From the NCBI GenBank assembly GCA_021294815.2, contig CP095464.1:120001-152000 (forward strand): a stretch of DNA of 32,000 bases, written 5' to 3'. Positions 27,996 to 32,000 of this stretch are shown here, one piece after another (position 1 is the first letter of the stretch; each line of letters opens with the position of its first letter). Made by a program: the position numbers and the translations under genes. Under the pieces are notes generated by a model. That model searched no databases. It was not told where the DNA came from and saw nothing but the letters and a program-made list of their open reading frames with translations. This stretch comes from Verrucomicrobiota bacterium (GTDB taxonomy: Bacteria > Verrucomicrobiota > Verrucomicrobiia > Opitutales > LL51).

Positions 27996-28143
27996 CTCGG
28001 AGCTACCGCTAGCAAATCTCCGCTTGCGGTCAAGCCTTTCCTCGATTTAAGTGCGGAGTCTCATGAGAGGATCTAAACGTATTCCCGCCGATTTTTTAGA
28101 ATTTCTTTTGTATCGGATTCTTTTATCAAAATCAAAAATTTTC

Positions 28144-28920
28144 TTATTCGGACCCAGCTTTCATTGCTCCTAGTTGTTTGTCTATCTCGGCTGCAATTTC
28201 TATATGACATTTTGCCAAAGTATCAATTGAATTGAAATCCCCGTAACTCCATTGCTTAGTCTTATCTAAATTAGTCTGACAGTCCTGCAGTTTACTTGTG
28301 ATTTTTTGCTCTATTTCGTCCCAGTTTTTCCCAGGGAAATCCGTCTTTAATTGCTCAACTTGCTGATGGAGCTGTCCAAGTTGCTTTTGGCAGATTGCCA
28401 AATTTGCTTTACATGCCAACCTATCATCCATGCTCAACCTTATGTTTTTTTCTTCCGAGCCTACTGTCCCTGGCTGTTTTCCTAAAGCAAAAACGTTTAC
28501 AAGCTCTTCGTCCTCTTCACTGTCATTTTCTGAAAACTGATCGCTAGAGATAACGTTAAAAAGGGGATTTTCATACTCCTCCCCATCATAATGTTCTCTA
28601 TTAAAATCATCCTCCAATATTTTTCGATTTTTTTCTTCATTTGACTTCCAATCGATATATTTAGACTGAGAAAATTCATATTTGGAAGAATCAAAATTAT
28701 CCTTTGGAACAAAAGCGGCTTTGCGTTGTTCCAACTCCGCCCGAGTCATCACCCCGAGAACATCTTTTCCGTTGATCAGGTTGATAGCATTTCCTAACTG
28801 CTTAAGCGTCGTCCAAAAACCCACTTTTTTGTTTGGTGCCGCCTGTTCGAAGGCTAACAATTTCGCAACTTGCCATGCACTTACACTTTTACCATCAACA
28901 TTAAATCTCTCATAACCCAT
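28144..28920 (-). CDS. Hypothetical protein (258 aa), acidic centre, coiled-coil-like C-terminus, no recognisable family
   Basis: It is the only long ORF in the 1.2 kb between tRNA-Ser and alaS. It is markedly AT-rich: my hand counts of two 60-nt lines gave 33-35% GC, against about 47% in one alaS line. There is no Shine-Dalgarno before the ATG. Confidence 0.55.
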   Translation of the reverse strand: MGYERFNVDGKSVSAWQVAKLLAFEQAAPNKKVGFWTTLKQLGNAINLINGKDVLGVMTRAELEQRKAAFVPKDNFDSSKYEFSQSKYIDWKSNEEKNRKILEDDFNREHYDGEEYENPLFNVISSDQFSENDSEEDEELVNVFALGKQPGTVGSEEKNIRLSMDDRLACKANLAICQKQLGQLHQQVEQLKTDFPGKNWDEIEQKITSKLQDCQTNLDKTKQWSYGDFNSIDTLAKCHIEIAAEIDKQLGAMKAGSE

Positions 28921-28926
28921 GGTCAG

Positions 28927-28954
28927 AACATAACATCCAAATGTAATTTGTAAA
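28927..28954 (-). promoter_or_regulatory. Candidate promoter placing the transcription start at or near the ATG of the 258-aa ORF (leaderless candidate)
   Basis: On the minus strand: TTTACA (28954-28949), a 16-nt spacer, then TATGTT (28932-28927), with only 6 nt to the ATG (28920). This would be consistent with the missing Shine-Dalgarno. Pattern match only. Confidence 0.3.
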
Positions 28955-29183
28955 AAAAAAGCGCTTTACGTAAAAATTCTTTCAATTTACAATAACCCAG
29001 ATAGTCACCCCGCTATCGTCAAATGTTTTGTCGGAAAGGGCATTGCCATCTTCTCCGGAGTCCACTTTGAATGTGACCTCGGAGCGCTTCGTCATTACAC
29101 GGATGCGCCCCAAAAAACGGACACCATCATCCGTGAAATTCAGTCAACAGATGGTCAACAAGCAAATGCCGTTCAATGGATAC

Positions 29184-31829
29184 TCAAAGCGCTGGGATTG
29201 TAATATCCTCGGTCAAAAGGCGCTTTTCAAAACTCGCCGTTCCGAAGTGATCACTGCCACCACCCTTCCCGGTTAAACGCTGTGTCCAGCTATCAATCAA
29301 CGCCGATGCCTTATAGCCTTGTGCAATCGCCTTGGGTGAACAATGGACCATCGCTAGAGAACCCTGCGCGAGATTACCGATAAAGATCGCCACATCGCTG
29401 CGCGGAACCGTCGTATGGATCAGCGATTTCAAATCCTTAGCGCTCACAACCTCAAAACATCCCGTTATCCAAGTTAAATCTTTTCGCTGTTGTGCGTTTT
29501 GAAAGACCTCCTCTAGTGTTTTTTGGTTTTGTACCTGTAGAACGGAAGCTAGACGACGTTCCTGCGATTTGCGCTCATCCTGGATTTGCTGGAGCTTTTG
29601 AGGAATTTCCCCATCACTCACCGAAAGCTTTTGCCCAACCAATGCAAGTGTCTTGAGTTTGTGGTTCAGATAAGTAATGGCTGAATGGCCTACAACGGCC
29701 TCAATCCGTCGAATACCAGCTGCGATCGCCGATTCCTTTACGATCTTAAAAATCCCAAGCTCGCCTGTCGCTGCCGCGTGACAACCTCCACATAACTCAA
29801 CCGATTGATCGCCGATACTCAGAACACGCACCCTTTCCCCGTACTTCTCGCGGAAGTGAGCAATACAATTTTTGGGGATCGCATCAAACGGCTTTTCCTC
29901 ACTCGTCACCGGTATGTTGTCTAAAATCCGCTGATTTACAAACGCCTCAACTGCCGTCAGTTCCTCCGGCTTCAACGCTACAAAGTAATTAAAATCAAAT
30001 CGAAGCCCGTGATCCCCCACAAATGATCCACTTTGCTTGACGTGATCGCCTAAAATATGCCTGAGCGCTGCATGTAAAAGATGCGTCGCCGTGTGGTGGC
30101 GCTGAATCTCTCGACGCCGTACAACATCGATATTTAAAGTGACTTCATCACCGACCAATAGCCCTTCTGCGTCCACAACCTTATGTAAGATATTGCCCTG
30201 AGCATCCCGCAAAGCATCAATCACCGGTATCGTTTTGCCATTACATACTATTGTGCCGGTATCGCCAATTTCGCCCCCCATCTCGCCGTAAAACGGTGTG
30301 CAATCCGTCATCACCAAAACACCCTCTTCCTGACGAATGATTTGCTGAATTTTTGCCGCAACACCCTCCATTTGCGTATATCCTACAAACTTCGTAGTCG
30401 TTTCTGAACTTGTTTCCGAGACGGCAATTTTAGACTTTTTTTGCGCATTCCGTGCACGTTCGCGCTGCGCTTCCAACGCCTCTTGAAAACCGACTTCATC
30501 GACGGCAAAACCACGCTCTTGTGCAATAAGCTGCGTTAAATCAAGCGGGAAACCATAGGTATCGTATAGCAAAAACGCATCGCTACCACGGATCATTTTC
30601 GAATGAGTCTGTCCTAAACGTTCTTCCAGAAGTGCCATCCCACGGTGAAGTGTTTTCTCAAACATCGTCTCTTCCGTTGTGATCGTTTTGAGGACAATCT
30701 CACGGCAAATAGAAAGTTCCGAAAAAACCGGCGACATCTTTTCGATTACACATTCCGCCAGTTGCGCAAAGCTTCCAACCGGCAAGTTGATCTTTTTGGC
30801 GAAAATAACCGCACGGCGTAGAATCCGTCGCAAAACGTAGTGCCGCCCTTCGTTCCCGGGTAGAATACCATCGGCAATCGAAAACGTCAGCGCCCGGATA
30901 TGATCCGCAATCACTCGATAAGCGAAATCGATTTTCTCCTGTTCCGACATCTTTTGACGGTCTTTAGCTACCATTCCATGATAGGTCGTTCCCGATAGCT
31001 GAGCAATTTTCTGAAAAATGTAATCAAATAGATCGCTGTCGTAGTTCGACGGTTTTTGAGAGAAATCCGTAAAATTCTTGGTCGTCTTAAAGATGCCGGC
31101 AACCCGCTCGAGGCCCATACCGGTATCAACGTTTTGCGCTGCAAGATCCGAAAATTCCCCGTTACCAAGCGCGTTGAATTGCATGAACACGAGATTCCAT
31201 ATTTCGATACAGAGTGGGGAATCGCGATTGACAAGTGTCCCACGTGTATCGCCCTCCGGCGTGAGATCCATGTGGATTTCCGAACAAGGACCACAGGGCC
31301 CCATATCGCCCATCATCCAAAAATTTTCCTTTTTCCCAAAGGAAAGAATGTGGATATCGGGATCGAGACCCTCTTGACGACAAATCGCTTCCCATTCGTC
31401 ATACGCTTCTTGATCGAAGCTTGCTGGCTCTCCAGGACCTGGCCGATAAACCGTTATGTAGAGTCGCTCTTTCGGAAATCCCCAACGGTGCGTCAATAAC
31501 TCCCATGCCCAGTGAATGGCGTCTTTTTTAAAATAATCCCCAAATGACCAATTCCCAAGCATCTCAAAAAACGTGTGATGGTAGGTATCAAAGCCAACAT
31601 CTTCGAGATCGTTATGCTTACCGCCGGCTCGGATGCATTTCTGCGTATCCGCTGCACGCTTATAGGGTCGAACGCGCTCGCCTAAAAAGATCGGAACGAA
31701 CTGGTTCATCCCCGCATTGGTGAACAACAAATTGGGTGACTCCGGGAGGAGCGATGAGGACGGTACAACTTGGTGGCCTTTGGAAGCGAAAAAATCTAAA
31801 AAGCTTTTTCGAATTTCGGCTGAATTCAT
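29184..31829 (-). CDS. alaS: Alanyl-tRNA synthetase
   Basis: The start is moved to Met43 of the track ORF (ATG at 31827-31829, MNSAEIRKSFLDFFASKGHQVVPSSSL, the canonical AlaRS N-terminus). An AGGAGG lies 10 nt upstream. The editing-domain HxxxH (HHTATHLLH) and CGGCH motifs and a C-terminal DHHA1-like GKGGGS are present. Confidence 0.92.
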   Translation of the reverse strand: MNSAEIRKSFLDFFASKGHQVVPSSSLLPESPNLLFTNAGMNQFVPIFLGERVRPYKRAADTQKCIRAGGKHNDLEDVGFDTYHHTFFEMLGNWSFGDYFKKDAIHWAWELLTHRWGFPKERLYITVYRPGPGEPASFDQEAYDEWEAICRQEGLDPDIHILSFGKKENFWMMGDMGPCGPCSEIHMDLTPEGDTRGTLVNRDSPLCIEIWNLVFMQFNALGNGEFSDLAAQNVDTGMGLERVAGIFKTTKNFTDFSQKPSNYDSDLFDYIFQKIAQLSGTTYHGMVAKDRQKMSEQEKIDFAYRVIADHIRALTFSIADGILPGNEGRHYVLRRILRRAVIFAKKINLPVGSFAQLAECVIEKMSPVFSELSICREIVLKTITTEETMFEKTLHRGMALLEERLGQTHSKMIRGSDAFLLYDTYGFPLDLTQLIAQERGFAVDEVGFQEALEAQRERARNAQKKSKIAVSETSSETTTKFVGYTQMEGVAAKIQQIIRQEEGVLVMTDCTPFYGEMGGEIGDTGTIVCNGKTIPVIDALRDAQGNILHKVVDAEGLLVGDEVTLNIDVVRRREIQRHHTATHLLHAALRHILGDHVKQSGSFVGDHGLRFDFNYFVALKPEELTAVEAFVNQRILDNIPVTSEEKPFDAIPKNCIAHFREKYGERVRVLSIGDQSVELCGGCHAAATGELGIFKIVKESAIAAGIRRIEAVVGHSAITYLNHKLKTLALVGQKLSVSDGEIPQKLQQIQDERKSQERRLASVLQVQNQKTLEEVFQNAQQRKDLTWITGCFEVVSAKDLKSLIHTTVPRSDVAIFIGNLAQGSLAMVHCSPKAIAQGYKASALIDSWTQRLTGKGGGSDHFGTASFEKRLLTEDITIPAL

Positions 31830-31999
31830 CCTAATGTTACCTCCTGCTCGTAATCGACGCCATCTAGGCCAAAACCAAAAAGCCGAAGAAATTCTTTGGT
31901 ATAATCCCCATAGTTTGTTAGCTCTTTGAGATTTTCCGTCGTAATCTGGGGCCAAATTGATTCGACTTCTGCTTGTACATCTGGCTGTAATTCGCGGTC
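31826..31999 (-). CDS. fabV: 3' end of trans-2-enoyl-CoA/ACP reductase (FabV/TER family); 5' part outside the window
   Basis: Manual translation of the minus strand from 31999 gives DRELQPDVQAEVESIWPQITTENLKELTNYGDYTKEFLRLFGFGLDGVDYEQEVTLG*. This matches my memory of the conserved FabV/TER C-terminus (W..vt.eNl.elTdy..Yk.eFl.LFGF...GVDY). It is absent from the ORF track because no start codon lies inside the window. Confidence 0.65.
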   Translation of the reverse strand, partial: DRELQPDVQAEVESIWPQITTENLKELTNYGDYTKEFLRLFGFGLDGVDYEQEVTLG

Positions 32000-32000
32000 A

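Noticed and set aside
28982-29095. 37-codon minus-strand ORF (MTKRSEVTFKVDSGEDGNALSDKTFDDSGVTIWVIVN) downstream of alaS
   Set aside because: It has no Shine-Dalgarno and is very short. I could not distinguish it from chance, and it lies where the promoter of the 258-aa ORF is expected.
31830-31955. 42-codon N-terminal extension of alaS in the ORF track
   Set aside because: The canonical AlaRS N-terminus begins at Met43, preceded by AGGAGG. The extension lies in an alternative frame of the fabV coding end.

Overview
This is a gene-dense bacterial chromosomal segment, coding over most of its length. I recognised no transposase, integrase, phage, CRISPR or known defence-system signatures. The backbone is housekeeping: a stand-alone 5'-3' exonuclease, tRNA-Ser(CGA), a KefG/flavodoxin-like oxidoreductase, upp, PBP2 (mrdA), a dimeric-dUTPase-like protein, a YkuD L,D-transpeptidase homologue, asd, rpmB, pnp, rpsO, murG, an archaeal/Thermus-type proS, valS, a 4.5S SRP RNA, a tightly coupled secA-clpX-TPR operon, tRNA-Ser(GCU) and alaS. 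Two edge-truncated ORFs are missing from the ORF track because they lack a start codon inside the window. One is a metallophosphoesterase-like ORF open from nt 3. The other is the 3' end of fabV at 31826..31999. Several lineage-specific ORFs are embedded in this backbone. They are a pair of divergent metallophosphoesterase paralogues flanking the exonuclease gene, a 494-504 aa membrane/secreted protein with an internal duplicated motif (6588..8069), a 1141-aa multi-repeat orphan (18417..21842), and an AT-rich 258-aa orphan next to tRNA-Ser (28144..28920). The most unusual object is the 1141-aa ORF. It has no signal peptide, a near-perfect 16-copy 18-nt tandem array encoding HEE[G/E]EV, a polyproline tract, and 2.3 copies of a 70-aa C-terminal module. 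I read it as a candidate secreted effector or host-interaction protein, but that is inference only. A 0.46-kb unassigned gap lies at the 3' side of tRNA-Ser(GCU), and two intergenic spacers contain small-ORF or hairpin candidates. The organism cannot be identified from sequence alone. The long SecA without a Zn finger, the Thermus/archaeal-type ProRS, FabV and the orphan repeat proteins would fit a PVC/FCB-like, possibly host-associated bacterium, but this is a guess. I saw no clear multi-gene novel system. The honest picture is housekeeping genes plus a few interesting orphans.
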